A DNA stretch of 64,000 bases from an uncultured Desulfobacterales bacterium (GTDB lineage: Bacteria > Desulfobacterota > Dissulfuribacteria > Dissulfuribacterales > QOAL01): assembly GCA_964638145.1 (NCBI GenBank), contig CAZXAK010000045.1, positions 87,629 to 151,628 on the forward strand, in the 5' to 3' direction. This document shows, one piece after another, positions 1-8,961 of this stretch (its first letter is position 1; every line of letters begins with the position of its first letter). Both the position numbers and the translations under genes were made by a program. A model generated the notes under the pieces. It had not been told where the DNA came from, searched no databases, and was given only the letters and a program-made list of their open reading frames with translations.

Positions 1-219
1 ACAGGATTGCTGGATTGGGAGGAGGGGGGAGGTATACTGATAAAACCAACAGTGAAGGAGTTGCGGTCAGCTTTGAAGATTGCGATGGCCTGGAGTGCTG
101 ATGAGCGCCATCAGCGTGGAATCGCAAGCAGACGTTTGGTGGAAAGACGTTATTCCTCGAGTGCTGTCCGGGAGCAGTGGAAACATATTTATTCATCTTT
201 GGTTGCTGAGGCTAAATGA
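1..219 (+). CDS. glycosyltransferase, C-terminal fragment (5' end outside window)
   Basis: Frame 1 is open from base 1 to the TGA at 217-219; the track shows only an internal alternative start at 7. The tail RRLVERRYSSSAVREQWKHIYSSL resembles the C-terminal end of GT-B (GT4-type) glycosyltransferases. The stop overlaps the next start (ATGA), and the context is a glycan cluster. Only ~72 aa are visible. Confidence 0.45.
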   Translation, partial: TGLLDWEEGGGILIKPTVKELRSALKIAMAWSADERHQRGIASRRLVERRYSSSAVREQWKHIYSSLVAEAK

Positions 220-1961
220 CATATATATTGGGGATAAATGCCTATCATGGTGATTCTTCCGCCTGTTTGCTTGAAAATGGCAAGATTGTGGCGGCTGCGG
301 AAGAGGAGCGTTTTCGGCGTATAAAACATTGGGCCGGGTTTCCGGAATTGGCTATCCGGTACTGCCTTGAGGAGGCCGGTGCGGGCCTTGAATCAATACA
401 GCATGTAGCCATTAACCAGAATGCGAAGGCAAATTTGGTCAGGAAGTTGGCTTATGTCCTGTTAAAGCGGCCGGATATGGGGATGGTATTGGAACGTATC
501 CGGAACAGAAGACAAAGAGATAATTTACCCATCCTGCTGTCGCGCATGTTTCCAGGTTCATCTTTTAAAGGACGCATTCATCAGGTAGAGCATCATCTGG
601 CCCATCTTTCTTCTGCCTTTTTGGTTTCCCCTTTTGATGAGGCCGTGGTGGTTTCTGTGGATGGATTTGGTGATTTTTCCAGTGGAGCCTGGGGGGTTGG
701 GCATGGATCAGCAATTCGCGTGTCCGGCAGGGTGTATTATCCGCACTCTCTCGGGATTTTTTATCAGGCATTGACACAGTTTCTCGGTTTTCCCAACTAT
801 GGCGATGAATATAAAGTCATGGGGCTTGCGCCATATGGAAGGCCGGTCTATCTCACTGAGATGCGGCGTATCGTTAGACTGGAAAGGGGAGGGGCTTATC
901 GTCTTGAGCTGAACTATTTTCGTCATCATACCCATAAGATTGGGTACAGGTGGGAAAATAGCGCTCCTGCTGTGGGACGGCTGTACAGCGATTCGTTACA
1001 GGAGATACTCGGACCCCCTCGCAAGAGTTCAGATCCTCTTGAGCAGCATCATTATGACCTTGCTGCGTCTGTACAGGCCATGTATGAAGAGGCATTTTTC
1101 CATTTGTTAGATACACTATATTCAAAGTACGGTTGCAATTCCATTGCTTTGTCTGGTGGATGCGCCATGAACTCCGTGGCAAATGGAAAGATCCGCAGAA
1201 AAACACCTTTTCGCAAGATTTATATCCAGCCTGCTGCCGGTGATGCCGGTGGTGCAATAGGAGCCGCATTTCATGTCTGGCACAAGATGCAACCACGGCG
1301 TACCTGTTATATGGATCATGCCTATTGGGGGCCTGAGTTTGATAATTTGCAGATTGAAAGGGTTCTAAGGAAGTCGGTTGACGCCCTTGAGAGATCAGGG
1401 TGTCGAATTCTTTTTGAAGAAAAGGATCAGGATATCTGGCGTTTCACTGCCGAAGCCATTGCCGAAGGTAAGGTTGCAGGTTGGTTCCAGGGACGCATGG
1501 AGTGGGGGCCCCGCGCGCTTGGAAACAGGTCCATTCTATGCGATCCCCGTCGGCCTGACATGAAAGATATCTTGAATCATAAGATCAAGCGCCGTGAATC
1601 CTTCAGGCCCTTTGCACCTTCAATACTGCGGGAGCATGTGAGCGAATGGTTTGAAGAAGATGATGACGTTCCCTTTATGATGAAGGTTTTTCAGGTTCGT
1701 GAAGAGAAGCGTTCTGTGATTCCTGCAGTTACACATGTGGATGGTTCGGGCAGGTTACAGACAGTGTATAAAGCTACAAACCCCAAATATTATCGTCTCA
1801 TTGAGGCATTTTTCAGGATTACCGGCGTTCCCATACTGCTAAACACCTCTTTCAATGAAAATGAGCCGGTTGTATGTCGTCCTGAAGAGGCGCTGGACTG
1901 TTTTCTGCGAACCAAGATGGATATTCTGGTTATTGGCAACTGGATGATAATGAGGGGTTGA
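216..1961 (+). CDS. carbamoyltransferase (NodU/CmcH family)
   Basis: 581 aa. The N-terminal ILGINAYHGDSSACLLENGKIVAAAEEERFRRIKH and C-terminal VPILLNTSFNENEPVV are the hallmark blocks of NodU/CmcH-type O-carbamoyltransferases. Confidence 0.85.
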   Translation: MTYILGINAYHGDSSACLLENGKIVAAAEEERFRRIKHWAGFPELAIRYCLEEAGAGLESIQHVAINQNAKANLVRKLAYVLLKRPDMGMVLERIRNRRQRDNLPILLSRMFPGSSFKGRIHQVEHHLAHLSSAFLVSPFDEAVVVSVDGFGDFSSGAWGVGHGSAIRVSGRVYYPHSLGIFYQALTQFLGFPNYGDEYKVMGLAPYGRPVYLTEMRRIVRLERGGAYRLELNYFRHHTHKIGYRWENSAPAVGRLYSDSLQEILGPPRKSSDPLEQHHYDLAASVQAMYEEAFFHLLDTLYSKYGCNSIALSGGCAMNSVANGKIRRKTPFRKIYIQPAAGDAGGAIGAAFHVWHKMQPRRTCYMDHAYWGPEFDNLQIERVLRKSVDALERSGCRILFEEKDQDIWRFTAEAIAEGKVAGWFQGRMEWGPRALGNRSILCDPRRPDMKDILNHKIKRRESFRPFAPSILREHVSEWFEEDDDVPFMMKVFQVREEKRSVIPAVTHVDGSGRLQTVYKATNPKYYRLIEAFFRITGVPILLNTSFNENEPVVCRPEEALDCFLRTKMDILVIGNWMIMRG

Positions 1962-1979
1962 GCCAGCTACATTAGTGAT

Positions 1980-2732
1980 ATGAAAATTTCTGTCATTACA
2001 GTGTCACTCAATAGTGCCAATACGATAAGAGATACAATTGACTCTGTAATAAGACAGGACCATAAAAATATTGAATATATTATCATAGATGGTGGTTCCA
2101 CGGATGGTACCTTTGACATTATAACTTCATATTCTGAACATGTTCACAGGATGGTAAGTGAGCCTGACCAGGGCATATATCATGCCATGAACAAGGGTAT
2201 CAGGTTGGCTACCGGTGATGTAGTAGGTGTTCTCAACTCGGACGATTTTTATGCGCATGACGCTGTCCTGTCCCTGGTAAACGAGGCTTTTGTATCCAGT
2301 GGGGCTGATATAGTATTTGGTGACTTGGTATTTGTTGATAAAGATGATGTAACGCGGGTCAAACGTTACTACTCCTCAAAAAAATTTCGTCCCTGGAAGT
2401 TGCGGTTTGGCTGGATGCCGCCGCATCCCGCTACTTTTATCCGGAGGGAGGCCTTTGCCAGGGCGGGATTGTACTCCCTTGATTATAAAATTGCCGCCGA
2501 TTATGAGATGTTGGTCCGATTGTTGTTGGGGCACAGATGTTCATTTTTCAGGATTCCTGATGTGCTGGTAAGAATGCGTTTCGGAGGTGTAAGTACAAGG
2601 GGGGTCAGGAGTAGCTGGCTTCTGAACAGGGAGATAGTCAAGGCGTGTCGTCAAAACAATATTTATACCAATATGCTGTTCCTCGCACCTAAAATGCCTT
2701 TTAAACTTTTTGAGCTTTTTTCAAGGCCGTGA
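1980..2732 (+). CDS. family-2 glycosyltransferase
   Basis: 250 aa. ISVITVSLNSANTIRDTIDSV, YIIIDGGSTDGT and LNSDD are GT-A fold GT2 motifs. Confidence 0.85.
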   Translation: MKISVITVSLNSANTIRDTIDSVIRQDHKNIEYIIIDGGSTDGTFDIITSYSEHVHRMVSEPDQGIYHAMNKGIRLATGDVVGVLNSDDFYAHDAVLSLVNEAFVSSGADIVFGDLVFVDKDDVTRVKRYYSSKKFRPWKLRFGWMPPHPATFIRREAFARAGLYSLDYKIAADYEMLVRLLLGHRCSFFRIPDVLVRMRFGGVSTRGVRSSWLLNREIVKACRQNNIYTNMLFLAPKMPFKLFELFSRP

Positions 2733-2745
2733 GTCCTGTCTGATT

Positions 2746-3714
2746 ATGGGGGTAGGGCAAAAAAAAATACTTGTTACTGGCAGTACTGGTTTTGTGGGGT
2801 CTGCCGTTGTTTCGCGGTTGCTGAGCCATGGAAAGTTTCAGGTCGTCGCAGTAGTCAGAAAACCTGTAAGTCTTCCGCGTGTTGTAAAAATTGTTCCTGC
2901 TGATTTGCAGGATGATAATGCCTGTTTGGAGAGGGCGGTTTCCGGTGTGGAGGTTGTGATTCATACTGCCGCCAGGGTTCATGTTATGGAGGAGGGTGAT
3001 GTTGATCCTCTATGGGCATATAGATCAGTAAATGTCAATGGGACACTCAACCTGGCGCGGCAGGCAGCGTTTGCAGGGGTCAAGCGTTTTGTGTTTATAA
3101 GCTCGGTCAAGGTTAATGGTGAGTTTACCAGGTGTTCTCCCTTCAGGGAGGATGATGTGCCTGGGCCGACTGATCCTTACGCAATCTCCAAATTGGAAGC
3201 GGAAAATGCCTTAATGGCCCTGTCTCAAGAGACAGATATGGACGTAGTTATAATTCGGCCCCCACTTGTTTATGGCCCGGGCGTGAAGGCCAATTTTTTC
3301 AGATTGATGGAGTGGCTGTACAGAGGTGTGCCACTTCCTCTTGGTGCGATTCATAATCGACGAAGTTTTATATACCTTCATAATTTAGTTGATTTGATAA
3401 GTATATGCATTGAACATCCTGCTGCTGCCAATCAAATTTTTTTGTGTGGAGACGGGGAGTCTCTGTCCACCACACAGCTCCTCCTTATGCTTGGTGAATC
3501 GCTGGGAAAGAGAGCCAGACTGTTGCCGGTCCCTCAGATGCTGTTAAGTGCCTGTCTTAAGATATTGGGAAAGGGGGATATCTATACCCGCCTCTGCTGT
3601 TCGCTGGAGGTAGATATAACTAAGGCCAGAACGCTGCTTGGGTGGAAGCCCGCCGTCCCTGTTGGCCAGGGGGTGGAGGATACTGCGAGGTGGTTTCTGG
3701 AAAACTGTAAATGA
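2746..3714 (+). CDS. NAD-dependent sugar-nucleotide epimerase/dehydratase (extended SDR)
   Basis: Rossmann motif KILVTGSTGFVGS and catalytic YAISK (YxxxK). I prefer the ATG at 2746 to the track start at 2710, which would overlap the upstream gene by 23 nt. Confidence 0.8.
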   Translation: MGVGQKKILVTGSTGFVGSAVVSRLLSHGKFQVVAVVRKPVSLPRVVKIVPADLQDDNACLERAVSGVEVVIHTAARVHVMEEGDVDPLWAYRSVNVNGTLNLARQAAFAGVKRFVFISSVKVNGEFTRCSPFREDDVPGPTDPYAISKLEAENALMALSQETDMDVVIIRPPLVYGPGVKANFFRLMEWLYRGVPLPLGAIHNRRSFIYLHNLVDLISICIEHPAAANQIFLCGDGESLSTTQLLLMLGESLGKRARLLPVPQMLLSACLKILGKGDIYTRLCCSLEVDITKARTLLGWKPAVPVGQGVEDTARWFLENCK

Positions 3715-4748
3715 TATTAACTGGTTTGGGTCTGTCAACCAAGGATTTTTTGTTTTTGTTGGGGTCTTTTGTGGCTGGCGGCCTTGGTGCTTTTCTGATA
3801 GGCCGGTATGCGTGTCAGTTGGGGTTGCTGGATGTCCCCAATGCGCGCAGTTCCCATACCCTGACAACTCCCAAGGGAGGGGGGGTAGGGATTGTGGCCG
3901 CCTTTTTGATCGGGGCCACCGTTTACGGTATCAGTCCTTTTTTATGGGGGCCCGTGATATTCCTTGCTGTTATAAGTTTTTGGGGTGACAGGGTTCATAT
4001 TTCTCCGTCTCTGCGTCTTGTCTGTCAATTCCTCGCTTCATTTGTCGTTCTTTATGGGATGGTGGGGCACCTTCCATCCCTTCTGGGGGAGTTATTCTCC
4101 AGGAGAGAATATGTTCTGGTTTTTGCCCCCCTTGCAGCCATTTTTGTGGTTGGAACGACGAATTTTTACAATTTTATGGATGGAATTAATGGCATGGCGG
4201 CCATTACCGGTATCATTGGTTTTGGATTGCTTTTCGCATATGGAGTGTATACCGGTAAGGATATGGCGTTGTTGATGGTATGTCTTGGGCTGTCCACCGC
4301 CTGTTCAGGATTCCTTCCCTTTAACATACCTTCTGCCAGGGTGTTCATGGGTGATGTAGGCAGTATTCTTTTGGGGTTTGTGTTTGGTGTTATGGTAATT
4401 GCGTTTGCGGGCAGCATGCCGGAATTTTGCCTGCTATCCAGCTTTATATTTCCTTTTTATGCTGATGAATTGGTAACCATGGCTGAGAGATTAAGAGATG
4501 GGCAGAGACTGACCCGTCCTCACAGACGGCATATGTACCAGATTCTTGCCAATGAGGCAGGAATCGCTCATTGGAAAGTTTCTGTGATGTATGGAATTTT
4601 TCAGCTTTTTGTGGGAATATCTCTTTGGAAGGCCGCCAACCTGGATAAACTCCTGTTTTGGGCGGTGCTGGGTTGTCTAATAGTATTTTTTATGCTTATA
4701 AATAGTAAGGTCAAGCGCAAGTATCCGGTGAGGGAAGGTGTGATATAG
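3711..4748 (+). CDS. polyprenyl-phosphate HexNAc-1-phosphate transferase (MraY/WecA/WbpL family)
   Basis: 345 aa, hydrophobic multi-TM protein. Motifs NFYNFMDGINGMA (NxxNxxDGxDG) and VFMGDVGS are present. ATGA overlap with the upstream epimerase. Confidence 0.8.
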   Translation: MILTGLGLSTKDFLFLLGSFVAGGLGAFLIGRYACQLGLLDVPNARSSHTLTTPKGGGVGIVAAFLIGATVYGISPFLWGPVIFLAVISFWGDRVHISPSLRLVCQFLASFVVLYGMVGHLPSLLGELFSRREYVLVFAPLAAIFVVGTTNFYNFMDGINGMAAITGIIGFGLLFAYGVYTGKDMALLMVCLGLSTACSGFLPFNIPSARVFMGDVGSILLGFVFGVMVIAFAGSMPEFCLLSSFIFPFYADELVTMAERLRDGQRLTRPHRRHMYQILANEAGIAHWKVSVMYGIFQLFVGISLWKAANLDKLLFWAVLGCLIVFFMLINSKVKRKYPVREGVI

Positions 4749-4765
4749 AGACAGGAATGAAATGT

Positions 4766-6628
4766 TTAATCCGATTTCTGATGGAATTCAGGAACTATTC
4801 TTCGCAGGCATTTCTTGATGGTCTGCTCGTCACCTGAATCACAGGCTTTCTCCAGGTCATTCAAGAGCAGTTTGAAGTGATTCCATTCCACTGAACGGTT
4901 TTTTGAGAGCATAATCTTGTCATGGGAGGTTTTTTGCAGGATTTCTTCACTATGAAATAGTTCTTCATATAGTTTCTCTCCGGGTCTCAGACCGGTAAAA
5001 GTAATTTGTATATCCTTTTCAGGCTCCAGGCCAGAGAGCCTTATAAGTTGATGGGCGAGGTCTTTGATTTTTACCGGCTCTCCCATGTCCAGAACAAATA
5101 TTTCACCTCCTTTGCTCATGGCTGCTGCCTGCAGGACCAGTTGGCATGCTTCGGAGATGGTCATGAAGAATCGTTCAATATCAGGATGTGTAACGGTTAC
5201 AGGACCTCCCCTGGCAATCTGCTGTTGGAAAAGGGGTACTACCGACCCGGAAGAGCCGAGTACGTTGCCAAAACGGGTTGTAACAAAAGAAGTTTCAGGC
5301 GTCCTGTCATTGAGATTTTGACAGTATATTTCAGCGATACGCTTGGTGCACCCCATTATATTGAATGGATTTACTGCCTTGTCCGTGGAAATCATGACAA
5401 ATTTGCGCGTTTTATATTTTATGGCCATATGCGCGACATTACACGTACCGAATACGTTTGTCTTAACTCCGGCGAGAGGATTCTGTTCAACCAGTGGAAC
5501 ATGTTTGTATGCTGCTGCATGGAATACTGTATCAGGCAGGGTTTCTCTGAAAATACGGTTCAATGTATTGGTATCTCTAATATCACAGAGTAAGGGATGC
5601 AGTATGTCAGCCGCGCCAGCCTCCCTGAGTTCCATGTCAATGGCGTAGAGAGCAAATTCACTGTTTTCAATAAGTATTAGTTTTTCTATATCGAGTTTGG
5701 CAAGCTGACGGCAAAGTTCTGATCCTATGCTTCCTCCTGCCCCGGTAACAAGGACCCTTTTCCCTGAGAATTCTGATCGGATAAGGTTCCAATCCAATTT
5801 GACCGGATCTCGCCCCAGGAGGTCTTCAATGGTTATGTTTCTGACAGAATCTATACTTAGCTTGCCTGATAGCAGATCACTGGTTGAAGGTAGGGTTTTG
5901 CATTCTATTTGGGCCTGTGAACACAACTCAACAAATCTGTGAACAAGTTTTTTGTCTGCCGATGGTATGGCCAAAACAGCAAGTTCAACATGATATTTTT
6001 CAACAATTTCAGGCAGGTCTCTAATTCTACCCAGAACCTTTATGCCTGCTATGGATTTTCCTACTTTTGTTCTGCTGTCGTCCAAGAACCCTACCGGATT
6101 GTACCGGCCATTTTCAGCTTTCAAGGCCCTTAGGAGCTGCTCTCCGCCACTGCCAGCCCCTATTATCAGGGTTTTTATGCCTGTGTTATGGGGAATGACT
6201 CCTTCTTTGAACATACGGTAAGCCACTCGGATTCCCCCCATGCCAACGGTCATGAGCATAAGGTCTATCATTGGTACGGAGCGGGGTATTCCTTCCAGAC
6301 GGTTCCAGGCAAAAAGAGCGGCGGCAGTCAAAAGGGTCGCAGTGCATGTAGCCTGTAGGATACTGAGCAGATCTTGTAAGGAGACAAATCGGGCTGTGAT
6401 TCGGTAAATACGAAAGGTAAGAAGTACGGCGAATTGGACAGGTATCGCTATAAGCATACTTTTTACCATTACGACCTGTGCGTCGTGGGGTATGGCGAGG
6501 TTATAGCGAAGCCAGAAAGCACCTGCCCAAGCAGCAATCAATACGGAGAGATCACTTAAAAGGGAAAAAAATCTGATCCCTATCCATATTTTTAGCTTTA
6601 TCAGCCATTTTTTACGTCTGTTCTTCAT
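4766..6628 (-). CDS. membrane polysaccharide biosynthesis protein, CapD/WbpM/PglF-type UDP-HexNAc 4,6-dehydratase
   Basis: N-terminal TM helices followed by two Rossmann motifs (IIGAGSGGEQL; VLVTGAGGSIGSEL) and MISTDKAVNP. I prefer the ATG at 6628 (MKNRRKKW...) to the track start at 6751. Confidence 0.8.
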   Translation of the reverse strand: MKNRRKKWLIKLKIWIGIRFFSLLSDLSVLIAAWAGAFWLRYNLAIPHDAQVVMVKSMLIAIPVQFAVLLTFRIYRITARFVSLQDLLSILQATCTATLLTAAALFAWNRLEGIPRSVPMIDLMLMTVGMGGIRVAYRMFKEGVIPHNTGIKTLIIGAGSGGEQLLRALKAENGRYNPVGFLDDSRTKVGKSIAGIKVLGRIRDLPEIVEKYHVELAVLAIPSADKKLVHRFVELCSQAQIECKTLPSTSDLLSGKLSIDSVRNITIEDLLGRDPVKLDWNLIRSEFSGKRVLVTGAGGSIGSELCRQLAKLDIEKLILIENSEFALYAIDMELREAGAADILHPLLCDIRDTNTLNRIFRETLPDTVFHAAAYKHVPLVEQNPLAGVKTNVFGTCNVAHMAIKYKTRKFVMISTDKAVNPFNIMGCTKRIAEIYCQNLNDRTPETSFVTTRFGNVLGSSGSVVPLFQQQIARGGPVTVTHPDIERFFMTISEACQLVLQAAAMSKGGEIFVLDMGEPVKIKDLAHQLIRLSGLEPEKDIQITFTGLRPGEKLYEELFHSEEILQKTSHDKIMLSKNRSVEWNHFKLLLNDLEKACDSGDEQTIKKCLRRIVPEFHQKSD

Positions 6629-7072
6629 GTTTGTAAAAGGATAATTTCTTATATACTGTTCCGCAGCGTGTACAGGAAAATAGTTGTGATTTGCAGAGAT
6701 ATCCAACAGGATACTAAATTGGGTGTGACATAGTTGACTTGCATCTGCCAATAGGGGCAGTAATATGCCCAGTGGAAAGTGGTTAGAGTGTTTTTATGTC
6801 CGGCGTTGATTTGAAAAGTAGGCACTAAGTTAAAGATAACGATATGGCAGATGTCGCTTTCTGTGATGGGGTGCAGTCAATTTTGCCCTTCACCACGCAT
6901 TACAAAATGCACCCTAACACGACTTAACAGAATGGGAATCTTTTGTAAAGCGCTTGCCCGTTATGGTAGTGATGGCTATTTATGTAGGAAGCAAAATGGT
7001 TGCGCCAATGATTGGTCAAAGAGTTATGGTATGGCCAGTGTGAAGTCATAAGTGAGATGTTGAGGACTTATC

Positions 7073-7546
7073 ATGACCGAACAGGTTGAAAGAGAGTTTA
7101 TCCCGGCTCTGCGGGAAGGGGTGGAGATCGTCAAGATGATCTTCTTTATGAAGGTGAGGGACAGGGCTGAGACACGGTATCCTGATGAAGACAGAGGATA
7201 TTTTGGTATGCTGGCCGGTGCCGTGGTGAATGATTTTTTCGGTACGCCAAATCCGGAGCCCCGTTTCCGGGATTTTGCGGAACAGAACCGGGAACGTATC
7301 GACAAGATGCTTGCTGATGTGCCTGTTCACATGGAGCCGTTGCGTATCCCGCTGACCGATGCGTTGCGTGTCCAGTTCCTGTGCGACCATCAGGAAGGGT
7401 TGGAAGATGGGAGCGGAGCGATACTGAAGCGGGCCAGGGAGCTGGGAATATTGATAGAAGACAGGAGTGTTCCGCTGCCGCGGCAGTTTATGAACCTGGT
7501 GTATCAGGTGGGCAAGGCCCATGGCCTGGTACGGGATCAGGGTTAG
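7073..7546 (+). CDS. hypothetical protein (157 aa)
   Basis: ORF with a GAGGA Shine-Dalgarno ~6 nt upstream, lying 24 nt upstream of radC on the same strand. The composition looks protein-like, but I recognised no motif. Confidence 0.55.
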   Translation: MTEQVEREFIPALREGVEIVKMIFFMKVRDRAETRYPDEDRGYFGMLAGAVVNDFFGTPNPEPRFRDFAEQNRERIDKMLADVPVHMEPLRIPLTDALRVQFLCDHQEGLEDGSGAILKRARELGILIEDRSVPLPRQFMNLVYQVGKAHGLVRDQG

Positions 7547-7570
7547 TGCAGAAATCCTGTCAGTGGGGTC

Positions 7571-8290
7571 ATGGACAAGAGGCAGTGGCAGAAACGGGGC
7601 GCCGGACACAGGCAGCGCATGCGCGACAGATTCATGGAGTATGGGCTTTCCGCCTTTACTGATGAAGAGATACTGGAGATGCTTTTCAGTTTTGGCACCC
7701 CCCGTCAGGACTGTAAGGAGAGGGCCAGGGAGACACAGAGGCATTTTGGCTCCCTGGCTGCCGCTCTTGAGGCATCGCCTGAGGAGTTGCAGCAGGTGCG
7801 GGGAGTAGGGCCGAACAATATCTTTGCCCTGAAGTTTATCCATGAGGTGGCGAGAAAGTTTCTGAGGACGCGGCTCAGAGGCCGGACATATATCAGGGCC
7901 GCATGTGACCTTGTGGACTATTTGTCGCACGCCTTTTCCATGCATGACAGGGAGGTGTTCAGTGTCATATTCCTTGATACGAGAAACGGTATCATCGAGG
8001 TGGAGCCTATGTTCCATGGGACACTTTCAAGTAGTGTGGTTTACACGCGGGAGGTGATGAAGAGGGCCCTGGAGCTGAATGCGGCCGCCCTTGTGTTTGC
8101 ACACAATCATCCCTCGGGTTTCGTGGAGCCGTCTGCGGATGACAGGGCCATTACCCGTAAGCTATACCTTGCTGCCAGGGTGCTTGATATCAACGTGCTT
8201 GATCATATAATCATAGGCAGACAGGGTGAATTTTTCAGCTTTGCCGATCAGGGTATAATGGAAGAGATAAGATGTTCAGTAAACAGCTAA
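7571..8290 (+). CDS. radC: RadC-family JAB/MPN domain protein
   Basis: 239 aa. C-terminal block ALVFAHNHPSGFVEPSADD (JAB/MPN metal site) and an N-terminal HhH-like EELQQVRGVGPNNIFAL. Confidence 0.85.
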   Translation: MDKRQWQKRGAGHRQRMRDRFMEYGLSAFTDEEILEMLFSFGTPRQDCKERARETQRHFGSLAAALEASPEELQQVRGVGPNNIFALKFIHEVARKFLRTRLRGRTYIRAACDLVDYLSHAFSMHDREVFSVIFLDTRNGIIEVEPMFHGTLSSSVVYTREVMKRALELNAAALVFAHNHPSGFVEPSADDRAITRKLYLAARVLDINVLDHIIIGRQGEFFSFADQGIMEEIRCSVNS

Positions 8291-8400
8291 TATGCCGTGT
8301 ATCTGTGAAGAGAAGCTTCGAAATATTTATAATAGCTTGACTTGACAAATAATTTTTTTTCAGTAATAGTCCTTTTATAATAGTATTTTTCAGGATAAAT

Positions 8401-8572
8401 GCATATTGCAGGACACCTGCAATGCAGAAACAATTGGCAAAGGCGGGTGGTGTTTTTCTCATGGTTTTGACCGTGAGCAAATATATCATTGACAACTCAT
8501 TGCAACTGATGAGCTTTAAAATCATGATAAAAAACACCATCTGCCGGATAGGTGTCGTGTAGTATGAACATG
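8401..8572 (+). repeat. Family-A intergenic palindromic repeat, copy A1
   Basis: Homologous to 47431-47589 (+) and 62096-62260 (-). Shared ordered blocks: CAGGACACC, CAGAAACAATTGGCAAAGG, CATGG, ACCGTGAG, ATCATTGCAACTGATGA, CATGATAAAAA, ATAGGTGTC..TGTAGTATG. The ends are inverted repeats (CATATTGCAGGACACC / GGTGTCGTGTAGTATG), with an internal 16-bp pairing GGCGGGTGGTGTTTTT / AAAAACACCATCTGCC. GGATAAAT occurs at 8393-8400 and 8573-8580. No ORF is conserved between copies. Confidence 0.75.
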
Positions 8573-8620
8573 GGATAAATAATAAAATCGGCGTGAAAAT
8601 GAGGGAAGGGCACGGATACC

Positions 8621-8905
8621 ATGACATTAACAAAGGCTGACCTGGTTAACAGAATATGCGAACGAGATATTTTGACCAAACCTGAGGCAATCAAGGCGGT
8701 AGAGACGCTGATAGAGCTTATAAAAAGACGTCTTGAGTCTGGGGAAGATGTGTTGATAAGCAGCTTTGGCAAATTCAATGTCAAGGATAAACGTGCCAGA
8801 CGGGGCAGAAACCCTCACACTGGTGAGGAGCTGATCCTGGCCCCTCGCCGTGTAGTCACCTTCAGGCCGTCAGGGGTGTTGCGAAAGAAGATAAACGAGA
8901 AATAG
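8621..8905 (+). CDS. ihfA: integration host factor subunit alpha (HU/IHF family)
   Basis: 94 aa. [38 protein letters not shown] parallels E. coli IHF-alpha [37 protein letters not shown]. Confidence 0.75.
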   Translation: [94 protein letters not shown]

Positions 8906-8961
8906 GGGCTGGGGCAGAGTAGCCCTCTGCCTCATAAGAGGCGGGCCGCTGGCCTGCTGTA

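Noticed and set aside
6851-7051. 66-aa ORF in the divergent capD-like/hypothetical spacer
   Set aside because: The translation is Cys-rich and implausible, there is no ribosome-binding site, and it lies in a probable divergent promoter region.
7046-8017. 323-aa ORF on the minus strand spanning the hypothetical gene and radC
   Set aside because: It is antisense to two plus-strand genes that have clear protein signatures (RadC JAB motif). Its translation is low-complexity (Pro/Leu/His/Arg-rich) with no motif. It is a typical shadow ORF.
7571-8290. RadC as a marker of a mobile or anti-restriction island
   Set aside because: It is the full-length chromosomal-type RadC with an N-terminal HhH region. 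No integrase, conjugation or phage genes are nearby.
8401-8572. Family-A element as a 6S RNA, riboswitch or small-protein gene
   Set aside because: A rod-like fold superficially resembles 6S RNA. However, there are three dispersed copies with terminal inverted repeats, and flanking direct repeats in A3. The internal pairing is degraded in A3. The only internal ORF (33 codons in A1) is not conserved in A2 or A3. A mobile repeat is the simpler explanation, although a regulatory role is kept as a hypothesis in the findings.
8913-8931. Hairpin GGCAGAG-tagcc-CTCTGCC between convergent ihfA and rlmN as a terminator
   Set aside because: The stem is only 7 bp and there is no U-tract on either strand. 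This is not enough to call a rho-independent terminator.
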